Assembly (NCBI RefSeq): GCF_009914755.1
Contig: NC_060935.1
DNA: 64,000 bases
DNA from: the human T2T-CHM13v2.0 reference genome, Homo sapiens
Strand: one strand, 5' to 3'
Below are positions 1 through 15,337 of this stretch, one piece after another (the first letter of the stretch is position 1; each line of letters begins with the position of its first letter). The notes under the pieces were generated by a model. That model made no database searches and was not told where the DNA came from. It saw only the letters and a list, made by a program, of their open reading frames with translations. Made by a program: the position numbers and the translations under genes.

Positions 1-1707
1 GAGGGAAGAAATGTTATGAAAGTCAATGTTCTTGCTTATGGCAAAGAAAAGAAGAAAATTCCAGCCCATGTCAAAATTTTATTGGTTTTATTTAAACAAA
101 TTTACACAAGGAAAATTAGCTCTTTTAGGAGAAAATGATTTTTGTTCATCTCTTACACAGTCAGTGACTTTAGCTGAACATATTAATAGAAAGATTACAT
201 TGCCTTTGCCTACTTCTCTAAATTTCTTTGCTCTGGAATTTAACTTCAGAGATTATGCAAGGAGTGAGTTTCCTAAATTAAAACCAGTTGTTAGAAAAGA
301 GTTTCATTAGGTGATATTACAAAAATAATTTAATTTGTATCTTTTCATGGCTAGCATCTCTTTTTTAATATTGCATATGCTAGAAACATCTGGGAATCTG
401 TTGAAGATCTTTTGGGTGTACATATTTATTTATTATTGATTATCACAATGAATATTTCAGCAATGTGTTGGTCTTAAAGAAGGTACAAGCAGACATATTA
501 TGCCATAATATTGAAAAAAAGAGTGACAGTGACAAGCAGAGTTTTGAAGACTGTATGTCACAACTTAGAGCAATCAACATGTCAATAGAATTAAGACAAT
601 TTCTTGCATTTGAGTTCAATGTTTAAATATGTTTTATGAAATGAGGAAATTAGTCTGAAAATTGACTTAAGAATGTCCCGATTAAAAAAAAAAGGTCAAC
701 CAAAGATGAAGTATAATATATTGAAAATATTGCAGCTACTTTCAATACCCTGCACTTACCTTTCCTTACTAGCCTTTTTAGTATGTGCTGATGGTTTCTT
801 TCCTAATAGCAGCTCTGACACTTTGTCTGAGGACTTTGTTCTCACAAGCTTATGGGAGTATCATCACTTCTGTTGCAATCAACTGGCCCTCTCAGATTTA
901 CATTATAGGTTACATTTTTTGATGGGAAGAGATTCAAAGACACAATGCAAGTGTGGATATAGAAGGTGGGGAAAACTGAAACTGATTTAAAACCATGCTA
1001 TCAAATCCAATCTCTAACCACAACAACTCATGAATCTCCAACAGCTGAATGTGCTCGGCTCCATCTCAGAATTCCCTGAAGTCATGTCCAGTTATGACAA
1101 AAGTCTCAGTGAACCTGCATATCATGGTCTACATCAGATCTGAATATAGTTCTTCAGGTATGGCTCCTTCTGATTTAGACACCTGTAAACTGAAAAGACA
1201 AGTTCTTTTCCCCGTATTCTAATACTCTATATACAATAGTGAGGTGTGAACAGAGTAACAGCAGTAAACTCCCACTCGGAAAGCCAAGCAGAGGGAAGCA
1301 CTTGTCACTGATCCTGAGCAGTCCTAAAATTTTACTAGCCAATATCATCTGGTCTCTTTTCTTGGGGCGGTGGGCAGGGTGGGGGGCAGTTAATAGGCCT
1401 TGGTTAGGCCCCTGCACCTTTGAAGTGTCCCTCAGTTGTTCTCCAGGGTTCTTGGCTCCACTGTCTGGGATATCTTTCCTTTTCTACCTTGACCACTTTT
1501 AAAATGGAATTGGGAAATAAGCCTTTTGAGAAAGTTTTTCTACTTTCTTCTAGTCTATAGAAAAAAAAAAGTTAGATATGAGAAACTGTTTTATTCTCTA
1601 ACTCAGTAAGCTCTGACCCCTCTATATTTCTTTTAAATTATATTTGTAATTTGGGCAGTTTCTCTTTAAATCTGCTGTGTATTTTGGGACAAAAGAATAT
1701 GAGAATA

Positions 1708-2444
<737 letters not shown>

Positions 2445-3597
2445 TCTATATTTTAAAATACAATAAGTGACTGCATTACAAATTGTTTCAGCACAATAAA
2501 ATATGAGTGGCCATTGTTTTAGTACTTTTATCTAGGACCTACGTACTGCCCAAAGCCAATGTCTTTTATTTTATGTTTTGCTATAATAACACTTCTTTCT
2601 AGATCCTAATTTTATATCAGGTAGCTGTTGCTTTATGACAACCAACCACAAAACTTATCGACTTAAAGCAATTTCTTTGTGTTACATTCTAGTTTAATTT
2701 GTGTAAAATGTGCATTTGTTATCAGATTATCATAAATGTTTTTGTGTAATGTAAAAAAAGTGGTTCAACATACCAGTAGAGCTAATAAGATATAAAGAAT
2801 TGGCTAAAGGGAATATACCAATAACTATTAGTATAAGGCTAGTAACCAATATTAAGAAGATAACATGAAATTCTGGTTTTATTTCTTTTCCTGTTATTTA
2901 TATATATATATGTGTATGAACACTCACAATCATATTGTATGTGTGTGAATTATAGTGGTAGCAGACGGGTGTCAGATTCCAGGGTAACATGTTAATTATA
3001 ATAATAATGGAGCAGCATACAGTTCAAGGAAAAGTGTATTTTGCAAATGAATTGATCCTACTATGATTTCTCTTTTCTCTTTGGTAGTAATGGGGAAACC
3101 GGAGAGAATAAAACTTAGATTCTAGACCTGACCAATTTTTTGAGTTTATATTATTTGTCTACAATTTGGGCTAAATCCTGAATTATTTCCTGGCTATAAG
3201 AAGTCTCTACAGAAAAACTGGGTTTTAATTTTCTTCATGATGCTTTTAGTTGGCTCCCTAATGGAAGAAGTTCTTTTTTATTGTTGTTCTGGCATAAAAA
3301 AAGTTTGATTGTAATCCTTGTGTGCATTACATTTCCACTATTCAAATTATTAATATTATAGATATTTCACTGTTTTACTTCTGAGAAAACCAAAGTCATG
3401 GGTGGTGTTTCAAAGATTAGAGATTATTCAACAGAGCCTGTCAATCTCTCACATTTGGAAACCCACTGGGTTTTTCATTGCCAACACACTGTCACTAAAG
3501 CTATAGGATATGAAGCATCTTCCTTAAATGCTCAGGGACAATTGTGGAAGAGGAGGGTGCATGAGGTTGTAAAAGCTAGATTGAGGGGGGTGGAGTA

Positions 3598-3943
3598 TGG
3601 AGGCCAGAGCAACTCTATCTTGAATGCTCATCTACCATGTTGACTTCTGAGTAATTCCAGTTCCAGGAAGGCCTCTAAGATTTCTACTTTTATCAACTCT
3701 TCTTGTATAAGAGCATGTGTTTACTGTAAATCCTGCCCTTAGGTCAAAACAACCTTTATGTTATCATATTTACCATAAATCCTGCACTTAAGCAATTGTC
3801 CTACATAAACCTTTCCCTATGGCATATAAATCCTGGGTCTGAAGGATCATGACACAGGGATCTACCATCTTGTCTTGTCACTCCCCAAGACCCAGACATG
3901 GCTTCTGTTTGTAAGCCCTTATTTAATGTTTCTTTCCAGAAAA
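3598..3943 (+). mobile_element. ERV1 LTR, MER31-like, 3'-truncated
   Basis: gccagagcaactctatcttgaatgct...aaatcctgcccttaggtcaaaacaacc...cagacatggcttctgtt resembles the recalled MER31 consensus. Confidence 0.7.
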
Positions 3944-4228
3944 AAAAGTATTGATAGTGAATATTTAATATAACTACTTGTAATACTAAGATCAAAATAA
4001 AGATGAAGACAAAGATTAAAAAGTTAAATGTAATGTCTTCTCGTGAAGTAGAAATAATGAACATTAAAAAAAAAATGACAGGTAAATAAACCTTGAAAGA
4101 GGATGATAGTATCTGCTCACTGATTGCTGCAAAGACGAAATGAAAGATGCAGATAGTAAAGTTGAGAGCACATTGATTATTGATTACATGAGATTTTATA
4201 TATGTATATATATGTATACACACACATA

Positions 4229-6418
4229 TCCTGCAGTTTCACAAAATGTACATAGAAACTTATATCAGGAAAAAGAGAATATCTAAACTCTTCAAAGACT
4301 GTCAGTTGAAGATAAGACTGATACCAGGTAAACTAAAATACTATCCTTTCCTTCTATTTTAGAATTGGAATTTGTGAAAGCCAGGTGATACCTGAAATCC
4401 TGGCCAAACTCCATTCTAAAGTTATGCCATTTTCCTGATTGTTTCTTCAGTCATCATGTGAATAATTCATTTGAAAATATTTAGATACTTTTCAGAAACT
4501 TAGTACTCATTCCCTGGTCTACGAAGACATTGTTGAAAGTGCAGATAGAAGACCCTGAAATCCCTCTCTTTAAAGCCCAGCCAAGATTGTACATCAGTAG
4601 CAATACTGCATCCCAGGGAGGATTTTAGAGATTATCACCACTCCACAAGAGGAAAGGAGGTAAAGTGGGTGGTCCCATCATATCTCCATTCAATTCTCTA
4701 TTTAGTTCCTTTAAAATCCAAATGGATCATGGAGTATGGATACTATGCTTAATGTGGTATATGTACAGAAACAAATCAATAGCCTCTGTTCTTTAATATG
4801 TGCCTATTGACTTGGCAAATGCCTTATTTTCCATCATTAAAACTAGTCAAATAAGTTCCCTATTACTTAGGCAGTAAAGTGATGAACATTATGTATTTTG
4901 CCTCGGGGACAATAGAGTTCGTGATCATTTTTAAATTCTGTGCATGTGCAGTACAGTGACGCACTGTAGTAATGAAATGAAAGGTGAACACGGTGTATAT
5001 AAATTGGCAAATACTCTGGGTGACCTTTAAAATATGTGTGCTAGAAAGTGAATATATAGGTAAGAAATAGCAAAGATGCCCGAATATTCTGCAGGAAAAT
5101 CATGCTTTGGGAATTTATAAAATAACAGCCATTTGGAGAAGAGCCCTTGAAATAATAATAGGCCTTTGTAGAGGCTGAGCACCTGACTATTGGTTGTTAA
5201 CTGATGATGTGCCCAGGGCTGCACATGATAAATATAGTATTATCAATTTTCTGAGCTATCAGATCAAGTTGGTGAAACAGCAATGCATTTTATTATGGAA
5301 ATAGTACATTTGAGATAATTTCTCAGTTATTTTAGGGAACATCAAAAATTTTCATAAGCAGTTGGCCCAGATTCATATCACCAATCTCTGTTGTAGAAAC
5401 AGTCCTCCTTCAGAGTACATCAATTGCCTTATTAGAATTTCTCCATGACCAGTTTCTGGGGGATAAGACCACATTTAAGCCTGGTTGATAATGGATTGTC
5501 TTCATATATTGGTATGGTAGACTACTGTTTCACTCAATATATGGTCCTTTCATTCAGGTGTGGCCATAATAGTACAGAGTTGAGGAAAAATTCCCCATGT
5601 AAGTAGAGCTTTAAGTACTTTGGTTAGCCATTTATTATATGGAGAGAGAATAGTTTGAAGTGTGTGTGTGTGCGCGCACGTGCGCACGTGCGTGTGTAAT
5701 TCTTTTCAGGAAAAATGGGCTGGTAGATCAGTAGTCTAGATGAAGGAAGTCTGAAAGATCAGAGATGAGAAAGTATAGAGAAGAGGTAAGTTAATGAACC
5801 TATGACAAAACGATATGAAATGTAAAGACGATTGTAGCTCACATTGTTTAGCATCAGAAAGCATCTTCCATAAAGGAGATATCTGACAAGCAGGTAGGCA
5901 TGATAACCCAATCTGTGGATATAGAACATCCTTTGTCCTCAGCCTCTCCAGTGTTGGCTCAATGAGCCCATGAATGGAGTGCCCATGGTGGCAGTGATGA
6001 TGAATATACATCGTCACAAAAGCATAAGATTTTCCTTCTCAGTTATGGAAACACATGTTGCTCAAAGCTCAGCCTGTTAGCAGTCAATTGCTTTGTATGA
6101 TTCCAACCCTCAAGGAGACAAACTAGCTAGTTAATAGCAAACATTATATTATACCTCTCTCAAAACAAAGGAGGCAATTAGTCCTTAGTCAATTTGTAAC
6201 CAGCGTTCAGTAGTCCTTGAAATGTTTGGGGATTCCCATTGATTTGATATACAGTTACATGAGTATATGGCCATAGGTCCCTTTGGGGAGAAATTAGGAT
6301 AATTCCTATGTATACTTGTTAGGGAATTACAGAATCCTTCTTGGAGACATCATCTCTACTCTCAACGGTTCTTATTTTGAAAACTGGCTCAGGGCTGGAA
6401 TATGAAAAGGGGTGACCC
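4229..6418 (+). mobile_element. Decayed ERV-L internal pro/pol (protease, RT, RNase H, integrase remnants)
   Basis: Degenerate ERV-L motifs: ..LIPG.. (~4318), SPFNS..GSW (~4685-4732), IDLANA (~4807), LPRG (~4899), PFE..AFVEAEHLT (~5128-5190), LAQ*AHEWSAHGGS (~5953-5995). Ends at a PPT-like aaaaggggtg. Confidence 0.8.
5660..5698. repeat. Alternating purine-pyrimidine (TG)n/(CG/CA) tract
   Basis: gtgtgtgtgtgtgcgcgcacgtgcgcacgtgcgtgtgta. Confidence 0.9.
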
Positions 6419-6419
6419 G

Positions 6420-8372
<1,953 letters not shown>

Positions 8373-8812
8373 TACCACAGATTGGTTCCCAAGGAAACAT
8401 ACTCTGAGTTGAAGGTTAGTGTGGAGCATGTTTATTAAAGTGTGTTCTTAAGATCAGTATCTCAAGAGAAAGGAAGAAAACAGAGTTTCATTCAGCATGA
8501 AAACTTGGCAGAGAGAGAAACTGGGCTACAGTGCTGTCAGAATAATGCCTTAGCATGTTCCCAGGGAGGACTGCAAAGCTTGACTTTTCTTCAGAGTTGT
8601 CGTAATTTGGGGTGAGGTGGCTGGAACTTTATACTCCTGCATTGACCCATCTGGAATGTAGGCTTTCCCAGAAAGAAAGCCTAACCTTTAGAAGACAGCT
8701 CTCCTTTCAGCCAAGAACCAAGTCCCTAGGAAGATTGGCTGTTAGCCAATAAACTTCCTTGGCCTTTAGTCGTAAAGAGGGATCTGCGTGGTAAAGCAGA
8801 ACACCTGTGATA
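8373..8812 (-). mobile_element. ERV-L LTR, LTR16C-like (5' LTR of the minus-strand provirus)
   Basis: ggttccc..gaaacatactctgag, tttatt, cttcagagttgtc, ctttatactcctgcattgacc and gagggatctg follow the order of reverse LTR16-family consensus. Confidence 0.7.
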
Positions 8813-8869
8813 AATAACTAAATCGGAAACTAAAACTGCTTCAGATACATTTGCTATTTGCTACCTAGA

Positions 8870-9235
8870 ATCATGTCCTCTCAATCCTACCTCTGATTTC
8901 AGGTACTTTGGAATAGACCATTCCTTGGAGGCTTGAACTCACTTTGGCTTGCCAGCATTTTGTCTCTAGTTTGTGAACTGCATCTCTGCTTCTTGCATTA
9001 GGGCTCTCCAGACACTTCAGAGAATGGTAGAACTTATACATAAAACTTGCAGAGGTATTAACATCCCAAGTGTCAAGATTCAACCAAAGGGAGATGATTA
9101 GTAATGGATAAATGTTCCCACCTCTCATTATTTAGTCAAACAATTCTAACAGGCCTTCTTTATATATTCAAGAGATCCCAGAAGAATTGAACCTCACTAC
9201 CTACAGACCTACTTGCATAATGCATTTTGATATTA
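8870..9235 (+). mobile_element. ERV-L LTR, LTR33-like fragment
   Basis: tcaaccaa..ggataaatgttccc..caattct..gatcccag..aattgaacc..cttgcataatgcatttt. Confidence 0.55.
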
Positions 9236-10440
9236 AGGTCTATATTTTGAGTCTCAAGGTGAAAATGTCTGTGAGTTTGTTAACCCTATGACAATCAGAA
9301 AGCTGTTTTCATGAGTTCCGAGACTGAATCTAACTGTATTGTTTTGACAGAAAATAATTCTGAGATTTCTGTTGCTTAAATGTAAAAAGTTTCCCCCCTC
9401 TATTTATAATGTGAGATTTTAGCTCAATTACTTCATTGGTCTTTTCTTTGATATTCTATCGTTTGAATTTAAGTCTATCATTGAAGGGAGAGACTTTGAA
9501 GACTGAGCTCTTTGGAAGGCAAAAGACTTCTCGTGTTCACTCCATATGGTGAACTCTCATTGCTTCTGTACTCTCTTATATTGCTGCATCACAAAGAACA
9601 CTCATTGTGTTCAGAGAAAGCTTTATCACATGGATGAAGAAGGGGAGACTGCATCATGAAATGAGAATCAAATGGATATACATCCTACTCCTGTTTTCTG
9701 TCTTTTCTCTTCTGGTGATAACAGTGGGAGCATTTTCATCCAGTGAACAGCACACATTAAAAACAGAGCAGCCAATTAAGAACATTCTCTAGAAACTTTA
9801 AACCCATAAACAATTAAGAAATCCATTTTGGATCCCATTGATTTAATTCGAAACAAAAGTTGCCTGTTTTTTTTATTGACACATTTAAGATATTTAGACA
9901 TCTTCAGTAAAACATGTTTAACAGAAATATTTAAAAAATCAAATAAAATTTGAAAGATGACTTTAAGTAAATACTGCGGTTATTTCTATACTAAATATTT
10001 TCCAACCACTATTATTTTAATGTCTAAAAATAGTGTTTAATATAACCCTACTATATAAATTTAGGGTATCTCAATAATTTATATAACCTTATTTGAAATA
10101 GTCTGCTTCAGTTTCTTTTTATTTTTTAAACAACAATAGCTACAAGTCTTCTTTAGTTTAAATGTTAAATTTTTAGGATTTCTTTTCCACTCCTCCTTCC
10201 TAAAAATATAGCATCTTTTGTGTAAAAGAGGTAAGCTTTATATTCTGAACATGTCATGTGAGAGGATGCCTCAAATCCAAACACACTTGTACTGTTATTT
10301 GACTCCTCGGATCTGTAGGACTTCACTTATGTTTGTACTTAGTATGAACCTCACTAGTACCCAAAGCTAAGGTTAAATATACGTGGGAAGTTTGAAGGTA
10401 TTTTTGTGTGTGTGCGTTTGTATAATTGTGAGTTTTAGTT

Positions 10441-10482
10441 TGTATGTGTGTGTGTGTGTGTGTGTGTGCGTGCGTGTGTGTA
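10441..10482. repeat. (TG)n microsatellite
   Basis: Directly visible. Confidence 0.95.
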
Positions 10483-10582
10483 TTTTATCTGTTTAGTCAG
10501 AAATTTTAGATTTGGCCCCACTCCAACTTTCATTCGTATTACATATTCTCATGATATGTGTTCCTGACTCCTGTTTGTCCTC

Positions 10583-11029
10583 TGGTTTCAGGACCTGAAT
10601 TCTATCCTTCTTCCCCCAGAGAAAGAAAAATTCACATGTTGAAGCCAAAGCCCCCAGATCCCCCAAGGTGACCATATTTGGACATAGCGACTTTAAAGAG
10701 GTAATTCAGTTACTATGGGTTGTTAGGTTGAGCCTTAACCTAACATCATGTGTATCCTTCTATGAAGAAGAGATTAGGACACACAGAGAGATACATTAGG
10801 CATGTGAACATAGAGACTAAGAGGCAACTATGTGAGGACATAGTGAGAAATCAAACTTTTGCAAGACAAGGAAGGAGAATGGATCTCTTCTGAGGCCTCT
10901 CTCCTTCCTTGTCTTGTAAAACCTTGAACTTGGTCTTCCAGCCTCCAGAACTGTGAATAAATAAATTTCAATTGTTTAAGCCATCCAGTCTGTGGAATTT
11001 TGTAATGGCAGTTCTAGCAAACCAATACA
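10583..11029 (+). mobile_element. MLT1B-like MaLR solo LTR with internal micro-inversion
   Basis: ctttaaagaggtaatt...ttccagcctccagaactgtga..aataaattt..gtttaagcca..ctagcaaaccaataca. Confidence 0.88.
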
Positions 11030-11084
11030 CCTGATATTTTTATTGATACTCATTAGGCGAAAGCAATTTAAACTCATAAGACCC

Positions 11085-11700
11085 TCATCACAGTACAAAA
11101 ATTTGTAAATCTGACAGTACCCATTTTTAAAGACAAGGTTGATTAATTTGTGTTTTTATAGATTACTGGTGAGAGTATATATTTGAGCAGTGTCTGGAGA
11201 ATCAAGGATGCTAAGCCAAAGGAAACTCATTATTTTCAACTCAGAAATTTTACCTCCAGACATCTACTCTAGAGAGGTACTTGCAATTAAACACAAACTC
11301 AGAGATGTTTTATTGCAGCAGCATTGTTTCTAAGAGCAATGATGGAAAAATAAGAGTTCCTCAGAATATCAGCAATTAAACTGAATAAAGTAAATCTATG
11401 TGCATCAACATAGATAAATTTCAGTCTAATGTTGGAGGTGAAAAAGGAGATAGCCAAATCCCATATATCAGGTGATACAATTTCTATAAATTTAAAATTT
11501 GCAAAATGTCAGTTTTTATTAACTATTCAGTGATATATTTAGGATATATTTATAAAAGAAAAATGTCCTCTGAAGTAAGGATGGTATAAAACATACATGT
11601 ATTTGAACTCTATGGAGGAAACACAGTTGTCTTTTATATTATTTTCTACATTTTTCCTGTAAGTTTGAGATGATCTATTGTGTAAAATAATTATAGAAAA
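11085..11700 (+). mobile_element. Ancient L1 (L1ME-like) 3' fragment
   Basis: caactcagaaattttacctccag, gatgttttattgcagca..ttgttt, catcaacatagataaat..taatgttg. Confidence 0.55.
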
Positions 11701-11893
11701 GAGATCCAGCCATTTTGCCAGCAGAGACATAATATAGCTCTTGATGTTATGAAACTGCCTAGTAGAAGATACTGATTTTCTCCTCACTCTGCATCTGTAC
11801 TTTTAGATCATTACCCTGTCATTTTATAATGAACATAATACATGTTTGAACTTCAAGACGTTTGATCGTACAACACATTCCCCTCCTGTTTAC

Positions 11894-12192
11894 TATTTAT
11901 TTATTCATTTTTTGAGACAGGCCCTTGCTCTGTCACCCAGGCTGGAGTGCAGTGGCAAGATCGTCATTCACTGCAGCCTTGATCTCCCAGACTGAAGTGA
12001 TTCTCCCTCTTGGGCCTCCTGAGTAGCTGGAACAACAGGTGCATCCCACCATGCCTGGCTACTTTTTCATTTTTAGTAGACACGAGGTCTCCTTATGTTG
12101 CCCAGGTTGGGGTCAACTCCAGGTTCAAGTGATCCTCTGGCCTCAGCCTCCCAAAGTGCTCGGATTACAGGCATGAGCCACCAAACCTGGCC
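11894..12192 (-). mobile_element. AluJ
   Basis: J-type ctgcagccttga and ttatgttgcccagg. Exact TSD tcctgtttac. Confidence 0.93.
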
Positions 12193-12759
12193 TCCTGTTT
12201 ACCGTTAACTATGACCTCCCTTTTGAAGATTATATATACTATGAAATAATAGTGTTAAACGCATGACTCATTGTAGTTTGAAGAAATGCAATGCTACAGA
12301 ATAAGTAGGCCAAGATGAGAGCCACTCAGAGGTTAATGGATAAAATTCCTGGATCCGATAGGAGAATGACTCATATCTGGATGTGACAACTTGAGACAAT
12401 TTGGTAGCCCTCTGATCAGAGACCTGACAATTGTGTTTTCATTTGCATTACAATAGCTAAATTTTGTTAGGCAGGATTATTTTTGCCTGTGTAGGAGAAG
12501 GGTATATGTGTATCCATAAAGTAAATACAAATTAGGTTGTCTTCCAAGTCTGTGGCTGGGTTGTGGCTATTTGATCCTAATTTAGAGATACCTACCTAAA
12601 GCTAAGCCAATCAGATTCTCTTACAGGAGTTAAAAATTGTCTAGAGTTATACAGAGACTCAGAACTGTTGGATCCTGTCCTCATTGATGCTTATTAGAGT
12701 CACCGATTCAACAAATTTATTATCTGTCACCACCATATAACGGAAGTTTATGAGAGGAG

Positions 12760-12852
12760 AATTTTATTCCTGTTTTTAAGCTACTATATCTACAGCACTT
12801 AAAACAGGACCTGCCACATAGTGGGCATTTAGGAAAAATGTTGAATGAATGG
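12760..12852 (+). mobile_element. L2 3' end
   Basis: cagcacttaaaacaggacctgccacatagtgggca...gttgaatgaatg is the typical L2 terminus. Confidence 0.65.
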
Positions 12853-13490
12853 ACAAATATTTATTAAATAGTCAGTAAATACCTTAGTGTAAGTCTCGGT
12901 AATTAAACCACGAAAGAACCAAAGAAAGAGCCTGTGTCCACGTAACTTATAGTCTGTTAGACAGAGGCAACAATAAACCTAAAAACAAAATAAAAATGAG
13001 AAAAGCAATAAGTGTTAGCCAGAGATTTAAAAGAAAAAAATAAGGTCTTGAGTGACAAAGGATAGGATATCATCTACTTGAGTGGATAGGAAAGGTCTCT
13101 CCAGGATATTGTGCTTGGGCTGATATCTAGATAATGAGAAAGAGTCAGATTTAAGGAGATCTATGAGCAGAGTATTCCAGAAAACTGGAACAAAACTTGC
13201 GAAGGCCTAATATGAGAATAAGACAGAGATCTTCCGGCAAGTGAAAGAGTGTCAGTGTTGATGACATACTATGGTTGTGGAATGTAGTCAGGGAGGCAGA
13301 AAGAGAGAACAGGTCAAGTAGGGTGGTAGTAGCTGTGTAAAACAAGTGGATTTTCTTCTACTTCTCATAGGAAACCACATTAATTAAGGTTTTACGCAAA
13401 AGGGAAAGCGATTGAGACATACTTCAAAAGCATCAGTCTTGATGTTATTGCTGTGTGGTGACTGAACTGTAGAGGAGGGGAACAAGTTTG
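12853..13490 (-). mobile_element. L2 (L2a-like) 3' region
   Basis: acaaatatttatt..., cttatagtct, ggaaaggtctctc, gagtattccag..aactggaaca..gcgaaggcc. Confidence 0.7.
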
Positions 13491-15337
13491 AGGACATTTT
13501 TGTTTTTTACTTAACTTTATGAATTACTCTTACACAGTTTCAGTAAACTCTCTTTCACATAATAAGTTAGATATTATCTGTTGCTTTCAAATAAAAACAC
13601 TTGAATTTTTACGTTTAATAAGTTACTTTTTCTTAGGTTAGTAATTTTTAATACATATTGTTAATGGTTTTCAGATGAACAACTCAATTCTTTATAGGAT
13701 TATTAAAAATTGAAACTCAGGTCTTTGAAGTAGATTTTTAAAATATCATTTCAGGGTGTATTTGAGCATGAACATACACTTATTTATTATACATATACAT
13801 GTAATGTATGTACATATAGCATAACATATTTTACCTCCTCCTGCATGTATATTGCTAGTGTGTTGTCTCTTTTATTATTGGAGAAAGACACTCTGCATTA
13901 ACTAATCCCATTGACCTTGCTGCGAGGTCAGCTTTCACAGGGGAGACTGCGTCACTGTTGCTGCCTGATGCAATTATTTCTTAACTATTTGTTTTTTCAT
14001 TTCCTAATGTAGCTGCTGCTAGTGAAGGAGGTTTGTAGGCAGTTAAGAGTTTTAAAGTTTCTTCTTTAATGTTCCTATGATGCAAAACAAATTGTCCCCA
14101 AGCCATTTGTTTACCAAAAGTATATTTAAGATAAAAATTAAGTGCCAAAAACAGTTTGCAAAGGGATATAAGACTCTCTGCCTCAAGTATTTTTCCTTAA
14201 AATAGTATCTCTTCCTAGATTCACCCTAATTTTATGGTCTTATGAATTTAATAAAATCTACAAAAATATTTACAAGTATGCAGTACTCTAAGACAGAAAA
14301 GTAAAAATGCAACACTGGAGTTACATTTACATATATAAACACACTCACAAAAATAACATATTTACTTAAAATTGCTTCCTATAAAAATGTTCTTGCATTT
14401 AAAGCAAAGGAGAATTTATTACGTGGTTAAATCAATGTTAAGATGTATTTGTAAATCCATATATTGGGAAAATGTAATACATCTAATGCAATTCAACAGC
14501 ACGAACACTCTGCCTTGTAGCAATATATTATTTAAGGTCTGTGGAAACTAAGTGTTTTAATGCACATAACACTGTTGATCATTATAGGTTTTTGACATCT
14601 TAAAAACAGGTTGTGTTTACATCATGGGGAAACGGAGATAAACAAACACAGTGAAAACTAAAGTCTCCTCTGAAAACACCAGCTTTCATTTTATAGGTGT
14701 TCATTATGAACAGTAAGCTTTTTACAAATGATTAGAATCAGGCTGAAATGGTATTGAATGACTTTTGCCTGAGTTTACAGGGCTGTTAAAACTGTTGACA
14801 GCTTTGTTCACTAAAGGTACAGTGGTGTTCAAGGAGATGACAGGATGAATCATCTCTTTTTGAATTCATAAATTCTGCTGTGATATATGTGTAAAGGCAA
14901 AAAAAAAAAAAACCAATAATAAGAAATACCATACCTTACTCCATACTCCTTAACACTTACACAGGATTGCCTATCTTGATGGCACCGCCCTATCTAAGGT
15001 TGACCTGGTCTCTGTCCTCAATACAAGATATCAACCTATTTTGTTTTCCATCCTCTAAGTTATCTTCATTTCAGTAATTATAAGCTAAGGACATATTATG
15101 TCTAAGACAAAATACTGGACACTGAACTTCAAAAATAGTCCATCAACCCTGTAATTACATTTTCATTTAATCATTTAAGTATACACATACACTCACAGAT
15201 ATTTTCTTTATAAAACATGGTGAATGGCAAAATGAAGCAATGCCTCAAGTATGTGGGAATGCGAGTACTATTACTTACTCTAAAGCATTGATAAGAGGCA
15301 AAACAGATGATAAAACTGATATAGAAAGTTTCAGTTG

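Noticed and set aside
1040-1164. Possible exon ending at CAG|gtatgg (~1158)
   Set aside because: A single donor-like motif with no strong acceptor or partner exons; unsupported without transcript data.
26-1502. ORFs 26-310, 673-990, 1175-1417 and 1239-1502 as coding exons
   Set aside because: No recognisable domain or consistent exon structure; lengths are within chance expectation.
3801-4223. Hydrophobic 140-aa ORF as a membrane protein
   Set aside because: Arises from T-rich low-complexity sequence and overlaps an LTR.
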